DNA from: a virus | Taxonomy: Duplodnaviria; Caudoviricetes | Virus record (IMG/VR): IMGVR_UViG_3300033463_000005 | Coordinates: 64,001 to 128,000 of that record | Strand: one strand, 5' to 3' | DNA: 64,000 bases | Shown here: positions 50,613-58,919 of the stretch, in pieces | Position numbering within the stretch: position 1 is the stretch's first letter | How the letters are laid out: the number at the start of each line of letters is the position of its first letter | Notes under the pieces: generated by a model | What the model was told of the DNA's origin: nothing | Database searches by the model: none | Seen by the model: the letters and a program-made list of their open reading frames with translations, nothing else | Program-made: the position numbers and the translations under genes

Positions 50613-51467
50613 TCACCTGCCATTCAGAAGAATATCAAGTGCCTCACGACGAATCTCACCACGAAGCGGAATGTGCATTCTGGAACCATCACACTGTTCA
50701 ACAATGATAGATTCATTTTGAATTCCCATCAATTCTTCTGGTGAAATCTGGAATGATTCGCAAACAACACGAAGATCTTCTGACTTCTCGGCACAATACT
50801 TTGCCAGTTCTTTCAGAAATACAACGGTACCTTCCTGATGAACTGTCGGCTGAATATCACCATCTGCATTTTCATGAGACGGGAAATCGACCATATCATA
50901 TGTGATAACTTTTGAAACACGCATATTCGGTTGGCCCATCGGAGCGGTCGGAATCATAGTTCCCAAGAGACGAACCGAGAATGATGGGACAGAGCCCATA
51001 TCGATGATTTCAACAGCTGCACCACGGCCAGTTTCGAATGCTGGGTCAGTTGTGATAATCGCACGATACCGGTCACCCTCCAAACGATTCTTTCGAATCA
51101 TATGAGAAGTGCGTGTTTGCTCCGGAATGTACATACGAATTTCGGACAAACGTTCACCGGCAATATCCGCATTCGGGTGGTTCAATTCACCACGCCATTT
51201 GTTCTGACAAATCAATGTTTGAATTCTTTCATCACCATCAATGACAGAAACAAGATTCATCGGATCATAACGACGTTTCATGCGGTTATAACAATTGAAT
51301 GTTTGAAGTGTTGCATCAAACTCAACATATGGTGCACCATTCGACGCACGGAACATTTTGTATCCACGTGGATCTACTTTGAATGATGGGATCTCTGCGT
51401 CTTGTGGTGCTTCTTGAACAAAACAAGCAGTTTCATACTTGTTTGTCTGTGTGCTTTTTAACGGCAT
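50613..51467 (-). CDS. Prohead (head maturation) protease, T4 gp21/HK97-assemblin fold
   Basis: YNRMKRRY, WRGELNHP, RTSHMI, PSFSVRLLG, VITYDMVDFPSH; RBS GAAAGGAG favours ATG 51467. Confidence 0.85.
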   Translation of the reverse strand: MPLKSTQTNKYETACFVQEAPQDAEIPSFKVDPRGYKMFRASNGAPYVEFDATLQTFNCYNRMKRRYDPMNLVSVIDGDERIQTLICQNKWRGELNHPNADIAGERLSEIRMYIPEQTRTSHMIRKNRLEGDRYRAIITTDPAFETGRGAAVEIIDMGSVPSFSVRLLGTMIPTAPMGQPNMRVSKVITYDMVDFPSHENADGDIQPTVHQEGTVVFLKELAKYCAEKSEDLRVVCESFQISPEELMGIQNESIIVEQCDGSRMHIPLRGEIRREALDILLNGR

Positions 51468-51486
51468 ACAATTCATACTCCTTTCA

Positions 51487-51981
51487 TTATGTATTATCAT
51501 ATCGATTCCAATGGATCTTTGTGTACAATTGATTGAGTTGGTCAAATGTGATGCCAATAATAGCAACAGGTTTATCAACGCCATACACGAGTCGATCAGT
51601 TCCCGTGACTTTCACAACCATCGCATTTGTTCCATCGGAAGTTTTGTCGAAATAGACATCAACATCAATACCGGTAAATTCCAACCGGTTGAGTTGTTCA
51701 TTCAATTTACTCTGAATGGATAATGGGATCTTATCATCATCTGTATATTCGTGCAAATATTGTTCAATATCGATCCCCAATTCGGGGATCGATGGATATT
51801 GTCCTGGTTTCATTTTTAACAAAACCAGAATAGAATTTACACACATTTCAAATGTTGATATGATCTTTGGTTTATACATGGAATCAGTATCCATGAGAAC
51901 ATCGTACCCGAGAAGCTGAAAACTTCTCGGGTACTGTTTCTCAACTTCAGCAAGAGTGATTCCTTTTTCATCTAATGGCAT
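51487..51981 (-). CDS. gp25-like baseplate wedge/sheath initiator
   Basis: NSILVLLKMKPGQYPSIPELGIDIEQYLHE matches the GPW/gp25 pattern. Confidence 0.75.
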   Translation of the reverse strand: MPLDEKGITLAEVEKQYPRSFQLLGYDVLMDTDSMYKPKIISTFEMCVNSILVLLKMKPGQYPSIPELGIDIEQYLHEYTDDDKIPLSIQSKLNEQLNRLEFTGIDVDVYFDKTSDGTNAMVVKVTGTDRLVYGVDKPVAIIGITFDQLNQLYTKIHWNRYDNT

Positions 51982-52008
51982 GGAATCATTCCTTTCATAA
52001 CGGAAAAA

Positions 52009-52704
52009 TTATTCCTCCGTCGATTCAGTTTTCTGTTCAGTCTCTGCAGGAGCCTCTGTTGTTTCATCAGTCTTTTTGGTTTTGGCTTTGCTAGCAGAAG
52101 GTTTGTTCTTCTCTGCAACATCGATAACCTTCTCGGACAGCTTAAAGAACTTCTCGAGTTGTGCGGAGAAATCGGAAGTATCATCCTGTTTCTTTGCACG
52201 ACGTTTGATTACTTTCTGATCGCGCATAATGTCATGGGCAATACCAACAAACTCAGCAACAGTACGCTCATCATCAGATGAATAATATTTTCTCTTAACG
52301 CTGTTCATTGCAGGTGTTAGATAATCGAATGTTTTGAAGCAAAGTGCAGAGATAGCACTCAACGCTTTCTTCAGTTTGCGGAAATTCTTGACACCCATCT
52401 TTCCATCAGTGTTACCAGATTCATCTCTCACAAGATTAGCAACCTTCACAATCTCTTTACCGAGAGATTCACTGAACTTATTCAGATAATGTCTTTCTGT
52501 CAATCTTCTGGCGATATTAGCAGCAATACCAATCAGCGGTGCGGCAATCAGCAATTCAAGCAGTGTAAACTCTTGAACGATTTCATCATTATCATTCATC
52601 TCAGTATGCTTGTCATAATATTCGAGAATTGCATCCTCGACATCCAAAGACGACTGCATCACGTTAGTATCGATCGCGTTAATACTATTCATCAATTCAT
52701 TCAT
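52009..52704 (-). CDS. Internal head protein, shared-leader family; predicted mature N-terminus is type IV pilin-like
   Basis: MNELMNSINAIDTNVMQSSLDVEDAILEYYDK...EIVQE-FTLLELLIAAPLIGIAANIA. Confidence 0.6.
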   Translation of the reverse strand: MNELMNSINAIDTNVMQSSLDVEDAILEYYDKHTEMNDNDEIVQEFTLLELLIAAPLIGIAANIARRLTERHYLNKFSESLGKEIVKVANLVRDESGNTDGKMGVKNFRKLKKALSAISALCFKTFDYLTPAMNSVKRKYYSSDDERTVAEFVGIAHDIMRDQKVIKRRAKKQDDTSDFSAQLEKFFKLSEKVIDVAEKNKPSASKAKTKKTDETTEAPAETEQKTESTEE

Positions 52705-52724
52705 AATAAACAACTCCTTATATG

Positions 52725-53699
52725 TTATTTGGTTTTCTTACCAACCGCTTTTGCACGGGCTTTCGCATCATCCGTCGAAATCTTTTTCGCTGTTTTGAAA
52801 TCTCCCTGCTCTTTGGCACGTTCGATCTTCTTTCCAATAACAGCCTGATGATTGGATGACGTAACCTTGCGTTGTCCACCTTTCTGGACACGATCTGTTT
52901 CTTGTAACTGTTTTGCACTTGCACCAGAAACTTTACCGAGCAATCCTGTTAATCCAGAGATAATGCCATTCAACCGTTGTTCTGTTCCAGGAGGAGCATT
53001 CTCAACCTTACCTTTTCTGACAGCATTTCTTTGTTTGACAGCTTTACTCTTCAGCGTTTGTAACATTTCCGGAACAGATGCAACCGTGTCAAGACCTTTA
53101 TTGATTGCTTCGCCAGCTGTAGACATTGTCATCTTAACAGCTTTGCTTTCTTTGATCGTTCTGACCGCTTTGTCAGCAACTTCAGTTGCACCAGCAATCA
53201 CATTCTCTATTCTACTGATAGAAGAGTCCGACAAATCGAGATCCAATTTGTCAAAACGTTTCTTGACTTCCGTCATGAGTTTTGAGACAGTATCATAGTC
53301 ATATGCGAATGTGACATCACCACCTGACTGTACTGCAGCTTTTCCACCCATTGCACGTTCCAATGATTCAATTCGAGCATTCTGTGAATCAAGTTGATAT
53401 CTCAATTTATCATTCTCTTTTCGCAATTCAGCAATCTTATATCTGGAAAATAGATTCTTGAATTTGCGAGAAAAGAAATCACAAATAATAGGAAGCTTGT
53501 CTGTCAAGAATGAAGCGGCACCGATCACACCTTCTTGGACAAAATCATCTTCGGTGGTTTCGCAACATCCTTCCTGGATCATTTGCTGACGTTTTGAGAA
53601 ATATTCGCATTGTGATTCTGCAACGGATGTAATTGCATCGATTTCATTTTGTTCAATGTTATCGATGCATTGTAACAAAGAACCATACTCATCAAACAT
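52725..53699 (-). CDS. Internal head protein, shared-leader family (basic C-terminus)
   Basis: RBS GAAGGTGA favours ATG 53699; SLLQCIDNIEQNEIDAITSVAESQCEYFSK...MIQEG...FVQE-GVIGAA. Confidence 0.65.
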   Translation of the reverse strand: MFDEYGSLLQCIDNIEQNEIDAITSVAESQCEYFSKRQQMIQEGCCETTEDDFVQEGVIGAASFLTDKLPIICDFFSRKFKNLFSRYKIAELRKENDKLRYQLDSQNARIESLERAMGGKAAVQSGGDVTFAYDYDTVSKLMTEVKKRFDKLDLDLSDSSISRIENVIAGATEVADKAVRTIKESKAVKMTMSTAGEAINKGLDTVASVPEMLQTLKSKAVKQRNAVRKGKVENAPPGTEQRLNGIISGLTGLLGKVSGASAKQLQETDRVQKGGQRKVTSSNHQAVIGKKIERAKEQGDFKTAKKISTDDAKARAKAVGKKTK

Positions 53700-53718
53700 C
53701 TCATCATCACCTTCTTCA

Positions 53719-54951
53719 TTAAGATTGTAATACATCATTGATTCGCAGCAATATATATGTTGCAACGAAACAAATGTATGCTTTGACAATACTTCCATCA
53801 AATTCATATTTTTCAGTCATTGGAAGTATAACGGGTTTTCCTGCGATAGCACGATCAATCGCAGTTGGGAATTTGGTAATTCTACCAATGTACTTTGATG
53901 AATTGATATCGGTTTCATCATTGCCTTCTTTTGTAATGAATACATACAAAATGAGATCAATGATATTTCCAATATCTTTTTTCTCAACCTTTTGTGCAAG
54001 CTCATACAATGTATCAACTTTCACATTCTTACGACTGGCGATCCCTTTGTATACATTATTCATCTTTGTATACAAAGTATCTCCTGCAGAAATCTTTCGC
54101 AACAAATTGTCACGAATTTGGATCAATTGTTTCTTTTCCACATACGGTTCATCTTCATCCGTGATATCATTTCCAACACTATTCTTATCTTCCATATCTT
54201 TGAAGTATCGTGTACCCAAAGAACGAAGATCCTGGCGGAATGAATTACGAATTCGATTCAAAACATCCGCAACAACTTTTGGAGAAATGTACAATGACAT
54301 CTTTGTTCGATAGAATGCATATCCTGTTTCGACACGATCACCAATCCAGTTGATCATGTTTTCACAACGGACGAGATTCCAGGAACGATCCAAATGTTGA
54401 TATGTATACGCCATGATGTTTTCTTGTGGATGTGGAAAATGAAATTGATATTCCAATGAAGCTGCATAGATCGTCAGACCCAACTGTTGTCGGGCAGAAT
54501 CACGAAGATTGTTTCGGTCCGATTTTGTTTGTTTCGGGATATTGGTCAACATATCACAATAGACCAGTGTGCATACGTGAATGACATTGGTTGGATATGA
54601 TACGATTGTATAGAATTCTGATTGATTCACATATTTCTGCAATAAATCACGAATGGTTTTCTTTGCAGATTGAACCGTGAATCCAAACAATTCCAAAACA
54701 TTATCCACGTATTTACGTGGATATCTCACACGTTCTGTTGGATATGGTTTCGTTAACATTTCCGCATTCGCTTCAATGAATTGATTACCATATTCAACAT
54801 ATTCTTTCATCTTTTTCGGATCGGATAATGTATTAATAACGGGATCCATGAATTCTTCACGGAACTGAATGACTGCGGGATCATTGACTCCTTCTTGAAT
54901 CCAATGATAAACCTCTTGCTCCGTCAAGAATTGTTGTTCCATGAAGAACAT
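53719..54951 (-). CDS. Hypothetical virion protein
   Basis: 410 aa; N-terminal FFME / FLTE / WIQE-G motifs. Confidence 0.55.
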   Translation of the reverse strand: MFFMEQQFLTEQEVYHWIQEGVNDPAVIQFREEFMDPVINTLSDPKKMKEYVEYGNQFIEANAEMLTKPYPTERVRYPRKYVDNVLELFGFTVQSAKKTIRDLLQKYVNQSEFYTIVSYPTNVIHVCTLVYCDMLTNIPKQTKSDRNNLRDSARQQLGLTIYAASLEYQFHFPHPQENIMAYTYQHLDRSWNLVRCENMINWIGDRVETGYAFYRTKMSLYISPKVVADVLNRIRNSFRQDLRSLGTRYFKDMEDKNSVGNDITDEDEPYVEKKQLIQIRDNLLRKISAGDTLYTKMNNVYKGIASRKNVKVDTLYELAQKVEKKDIGNIIDLILYVFITKEGNDETDINSSKYIGRITKFPTAIDRAIAGKPVILPMTEKYEFDGSIVKAYICFVATYILLRINDVLQS

Positions 54952-54962
54952 CTGAGTTCACC

Positions 54963-55481
54963 TCAATTGAACGATTTCTTTTTGTTGCGATTTCTTTTAT
55001 TGTGATACTGATTCACCGGTTTCTCTTCTGCGACAGGTTCTTCGGTCGTTTCAGTTGAAACCTCTTCTGTTACAGCATCAACAACTTCTTCAACCACATC
55101 GATCGGAGTTTCCACAACTTCAACTTCCGTAAGTTCAAGCACAGAAATCTCTTTTGGAACTTCGACCTCAACTTCCACAGGTTCTTCAACAACCGGGGTT
55201 TCTTCCACAACAGATTTTGCGATTTCGACAACAGGTGGTTCGGGTGTTGGTTGTGTTTCAACCACCGGAGTTTTGACAACTTCTGGCTTCTTTTCAACAG
55301 GAGCCTCTTTCTTTTCGGAAAGAGTTTTCTTCGTGATGATCATGCCAGTTGTTGCATCAAACACGCGAACACCTTTGAAATTCAAAACACGATGAATCTG
55401 AAGTTCGGACATTTCAACATTGTATACTGGCAGGAGACCCAGGCCACCAATGTATCCCTTTCCGGAAACGTTGACTTTCAT
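54963..55481 (-). CDS. Protein with acidic E/V/P low-complexity region and basic tail
   Basis: Short globular N-terminus, PVVEEPVEVEV repeats, NKRNRNKKK C-terminus. Confidence 0.6.
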   Translation of the reverse strand: MKVNVSGKGYIGGLGLLPVYNVEMSELQIHRVLNFKGVRVFDATTGMIITKKTLSEKKEAPVEKKPEVVKTPVVETQPTPEPPVVEIAKSVVEETPVVEEPVEVEVEVPKEISVLELTEVEVVETPIDVVEEVVDAVTEEVSTETTEEPVAEEKPVNQYHNKRNRNKKKSFN

Positions 55482-55501
55482 TCGATCACAATCCTTTCTT
55501 G

Positions 55502-56254
55502 TTATCTGGATTCTTTATTAATATCTTTCATTGCAGAATGCAATTTTTCGATACTATAATAAGATTCTGAAATAATATCAGTTTTGATTCCCATCGCTTT
55601 CAGGAATAGATCCGTTTGAAGCAATGTGGGTTTGTCATATACACCGGTTTTAATATCACTCAATTTGACGTTGCCAGAACGAGAAATCTCATCCAGCATA
55701 TTATCATACTCCGTGACATTATCACCACGAGCACCTGAAATTTCAGACAGGATATCATCAGCACCAATACCAGCAAGCAACTCGTTTTCAACACCCGTTG
55801 TGGTACCACCCTTGGATTCGCCTTTCACAGCACCAGTGTTTTCATCACGATCCGTGTCACTCAAAGCCAGGCCCGTCTTCTTCATGACCATCTGCTGCGG
55901 ACGTTTGATATTGAGATATCCAACCAGAACAGGTTGTCTGGTTCTTACAGGTCGGTTTGGATTTGATGAGATGTGCGGTAAGTAAACATATTCGAATAAT
56001 TTGATTCCAAGTTTATCTGCCGCTTTCTCCATATTTTCAAACATCATCTTTCTGGAGTTATCTCCAAACTCTTCGATGTCAACACGGAAATTACTTTTTG
56101 GATCTTGCAAGAATTTTGTGATCCATTGTGTGAATTGATCATCTGACATTACTTGAAACATGTTTCGATATTTCTCTGCATTGGTTCCAGATGGATCCAT
56201 GATTTTTAAAATATCATTGACCAATGTTTCGACCTGTTTTCTCTTGTCATTCAT
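55502..56254 (-). CDS. RNA polymerase beta-subunit C-terminal fragment (split phage multisubunit RNAP)
   Basis: PVLVGYLNIKRPQQMVMKK, GESKGG...ENELLAGIGADDILSEISGARGDNV and LFLKAMGIKTDI align collinearly with RpoB PVTVGYMYMLKL.HLVDDK, GG...[25 protein letters not shown] and LLKEIRSLGINIEL. Confidence 0.8.
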   Translation of the reverse strand: MNDKRKQVETLVNDILKIMDPSGTNAEKYRNMFQVMSDDQFTQWITKFLQDPKSNFRVDIEEFGDNSRKMMFENMEKAADKLGIKLFEYVYLPHISSNPNRPVRTRQPVLVGYLNIKRPQQMVMKKTGLALSDTDRDENTGAVKGESKGGTTTGVENELLAGIGADDILSEISGARGDNVTEYDNMLDEISRSGNVKLSDIKTGVYDKPTLLQTDLFLKAMGIKTDIISESYYSIEKLHSAMKDINKESR

Positions 56255-56312
56255 GCATGAACACAACTCCTTTCTGGATTGAAGTTACAGAAACGTTTCT
56301 TATATAGTATAT

Positions 56313-56335
56313 ATGTGGGGATTGAATCCCCACAT
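56313..56335. promoter_or_regulatory. Hairpin in a divergent promoter region
   Basis: atgtggggatt-g-aatccccacat between divergently transcribed genes. Confidence 0.5.
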
Positions 56336-56453
56336 GCAATTTATAATAGTATAAAACAATAATTTTATCAAGAATGTATTCATTGAAAAACTCGATGTTA
56401 AACCTCTGAGATATGAGGATTTTAAATATTTTCAATGTAAAGGAGTATGAACT

Positions 56454-58901
56454 ATGGCTGAGAATCTGAAAACGACAACAGACGTTGATATGAATAGACC
56501 TGATGGTTCAAAAGATATCAAATTCAGTGGTCAGTTTATGCAGAACTTTGATGATGCTATCACAAATTATGACCGCACGCTGAATTATTTGGATCAGTTG
56601 ATCAAGGGTCATAATTTCACAGATGACTATGGTGTATGCAATTGCAAATATCAGATGGTATACATCACACCACATGACATTGCATCCTACATTTCATATG
56701 TGTTGAAAGCAATTTCAAAACGATTGGTTGAATGTGACATCCCTGATATGGAGAAATTGAGTGTCGAATTGGCAAAGCGTTTCATCAAAGACAATTCTGG
56801 ATTTGATTTCGAACGTGATAATCTGTTCGCTAATTCAACGTATTCCGATCCACGTACACAGACAATGATGGACATGCTTGTTCAGATGCAGAACTCATTC
56901 TTTGATCGTGGTGTGTATTCAAAGTATGAGATGGAGCAACGCGCAAAATCGTTGAAACCGGATTATGATACTATTAATGGTATGCATTTCGGTCGAGCAA
57001 TGAAAGCGGTTGTGAATGCGCTTCCACAAACGATCAAAGATTCCATGAAGGATTCGACCGAAGATGGGTTTGTGTGCTGTAATTGCGAACTGGTCATGTT
57101 CTACATCGAAACATTCATCCTGTTTGTGTGCTCGTTGAACACTTGTACGGTTGAACAGATGATTGGTTATGCGCAACCGCGTTCCACATTCATCAGAAAA
57201 GAGATCTCCAAGTACAAAACCGAATCCTATGCCGAAACTGCATTCAATGGTTTTGTGACAGAATGCTCTATCATTAAAACAAATGATATGAATATTCGTG
57301 CAAGAATCCCGTTTGATTGCAATATGCGGAATATTGTGCTGCAGGATGTCACACCAGATTTCAAAGATTCCAAGAGCGCTTTGCATTTCATGCTGAAAGA
57401 CTCCCGTTCACCAATTCATGCATTGTTGATCAAATATGCGACGGATAAACAAATTGCGGGTCGTCCAGATTGTGTTCCGGCAATGACATTGTTCGAACCA
57501 TATTTCCATATGCATGAATGCAATGCAATTCAAATGGAATTGGATAAGGCTGGATTCATGACAGATGTGAATTGGCTGGATAAGATTGCATATGGTAATC
57601 AATTCATGGATGGTAATTATCGTCTGGATGCGATGGGTAATGAAAACAAGCATCCACTGGTGATGACATTGGAAACGCTTCATAAGATGTATTGTGGTTG
57701 TAATCTAAAAACCAATGAGGAATTGGCAAATCAGATTCTGAAGATTGCTGGTTTGATGCATGAAGTGATTATCCGCAATTGGTGCACATTGAACCGTCAA
57801 CTCACAACTGACATTTTGTGTGTGCTTGGTGATTGCTTCACACGTTGTGTTCTGAAGCTGTATAACAACAACTGTGTTGTGATTGTTGCTTCTGATGACA
57901 TGAAAGACACAATGGCGCCGGGATATACATATTGCGAACAGTTCGTTTATGAAGCTGATGCAAAACCGGGTGTTCAAGTTCAGACAACCAATACAACTGG
58001 TACAACAGCGCCAAATCAAACCGGTTTGTCGAAATTGGTATCCATGATTCGCCAATTTGCAAAATGGATTGCATCGAAACTGGCACAATTCTTCCGCTTG
58101 TTCCTATTGACAAACGAAGCAAAGATCAAGTATATCAATTCACATGCGGAGCAAAATAAGAAGATTGGTGAATCTTTGGGTAAAGATATGAACGTCAATA
58201 TGGCAAATCTTCCAAAGTATAACATTCCGTACAGTGCAATCCATTCGAAGGTTGAGCAAACAAAACAGCATCTTGATATGGTTAATCAATATCTGAAGGA
58301 TGGCCAGATCAGTGATGAAGAGATGACCAAACTGAAGATAGCATTGTATCCGGGTGATGATAATACTGCACGACGCATCGTCGACACAACCGACAAGAAT
58401 CAACGTCAGCAGTTGATCAAGAATTATGTGCTCTTTGGTAAACTTGAACCGACAGAACAAGAGCTGAAGATGAATGGTAGTATGACCAAAGAAATTTGGG
58501 ATGATATTATCAAAACACTCACGGGTTCACCAAAACTGATTGATGAGTTGACAAAAGATTTCAATAAGATGCTCACGAATGAAGTGAAACTCTTGGATCA
58601 AAAAGCTAAAGATGAAGAGCGTGCAGCACAGCAATCTGCAAATAATCAGAATGGTCAACAGCAGCAACAACCAACCGGAGTTGCACAGACATTATACAAT
58701 CTATTCCAAGAAGTATTAAGTGATTATCAAATGAATACACTGAATACACTTGCAAAGACAATGTTTGGAACATATTATGACGTGTACAAGAAAGTGTATG
58801 ATGCTTACCAGGCACAAATGAGAAATCAAACAAATCAAACGAATCAAACAAATCAACAAAACGCTCCATCTCAACAACAAATGGTCCCCGCAACAAAATA
58901 A
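56454..58901 (+). CDS. Large putative internal head protein
   Basis: KTES, FVTEC and FVYE-A sites; amphipathic helix LSKLVSMIRQFAKWIASKL after VYEA; Q/N-rich tail (QTN repeats). Confidence 0.55.
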   Translation: MAENLKTTTDVDMNRPDGSKDIKFSGQFMQNFDDAITNYDRTLNYLDQLIKGHNFTDDYGVCNCKYQMVYITPHDIASYISYVLKAISKRLVECDIPDMEKLSVELAKRFIKDNSGFDFERDNLFANSTYSDPRTQTMMDMLVQMQNSFFDRGVYSKYEMEQRAKSLKPDYDTINGMHFGRAMKAVVNALPQTIKDSMKDSTEDGFVCCNCELVMFYIETFILFVCSLNTCTVEQMIGYAQPRSTFIRKEISKYKTESYAETAFNGFVTECSIIKTNDMNIRARIPFDCNMRNIVLQDVTPDFKDSKSALHFMLKDSRSPIHALLIKYATDKQIAGRPDCVPAMTLFEPYFHMHECNAIQMELDKAGFMTDVNWLDKIAYGNQFMDGNYRLDAMGNENKHPLVMTLETLHKMYCGCNLKTNEELANQILKIAGLMHEVIIRNWCTLNRQLTTDILCVLGDCFTRCVLKLYNNNCVVIVASDDMKDTMAPGYTYCEQFVYEADAKPGVQVQTTNTTGTTAPNQTGLSKLVSMIRQFAKWIASKLAQFFRLFLLTNEAKIKYINSHAEQNKKIGESLGKDMNVNMANLPKYNIPYSAIHSKVEQTKQHLDMVNQYLKDGQISDEEMTKLKIALYPGDDNTARRIVDTTDKNQRQQLIKNYVLFGKLEPTEQELKMNGSMTKEIWDDIIKTLTGSPKLIDELTKDFNKMLTNEVKLLDQKAKDEERAAQQSANNQNGQQQQQPTGVAQTLYNLFQEVLSDYQMNTLNTLAKTMFGTYYDVYKKVYDAYQAQMRNQTNQTNQTNQQNAPSQQQMVPATK

Positions 58902-58919
58902 TCAGGGAGGTCAACAGTT

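Noticed and set aside
51468-51584. N-terminal signal-peptide-like extension of the protease (MALINLLLLL...)
   Set aside because: Overlaps the gp25-like gene; the RBS points to ATG 51467
53700-53807. Overlap between 52725..53807 and the upstream gene
   Set aside because: True start is likely ATG 53699, based on the RBS and leader-family alignment
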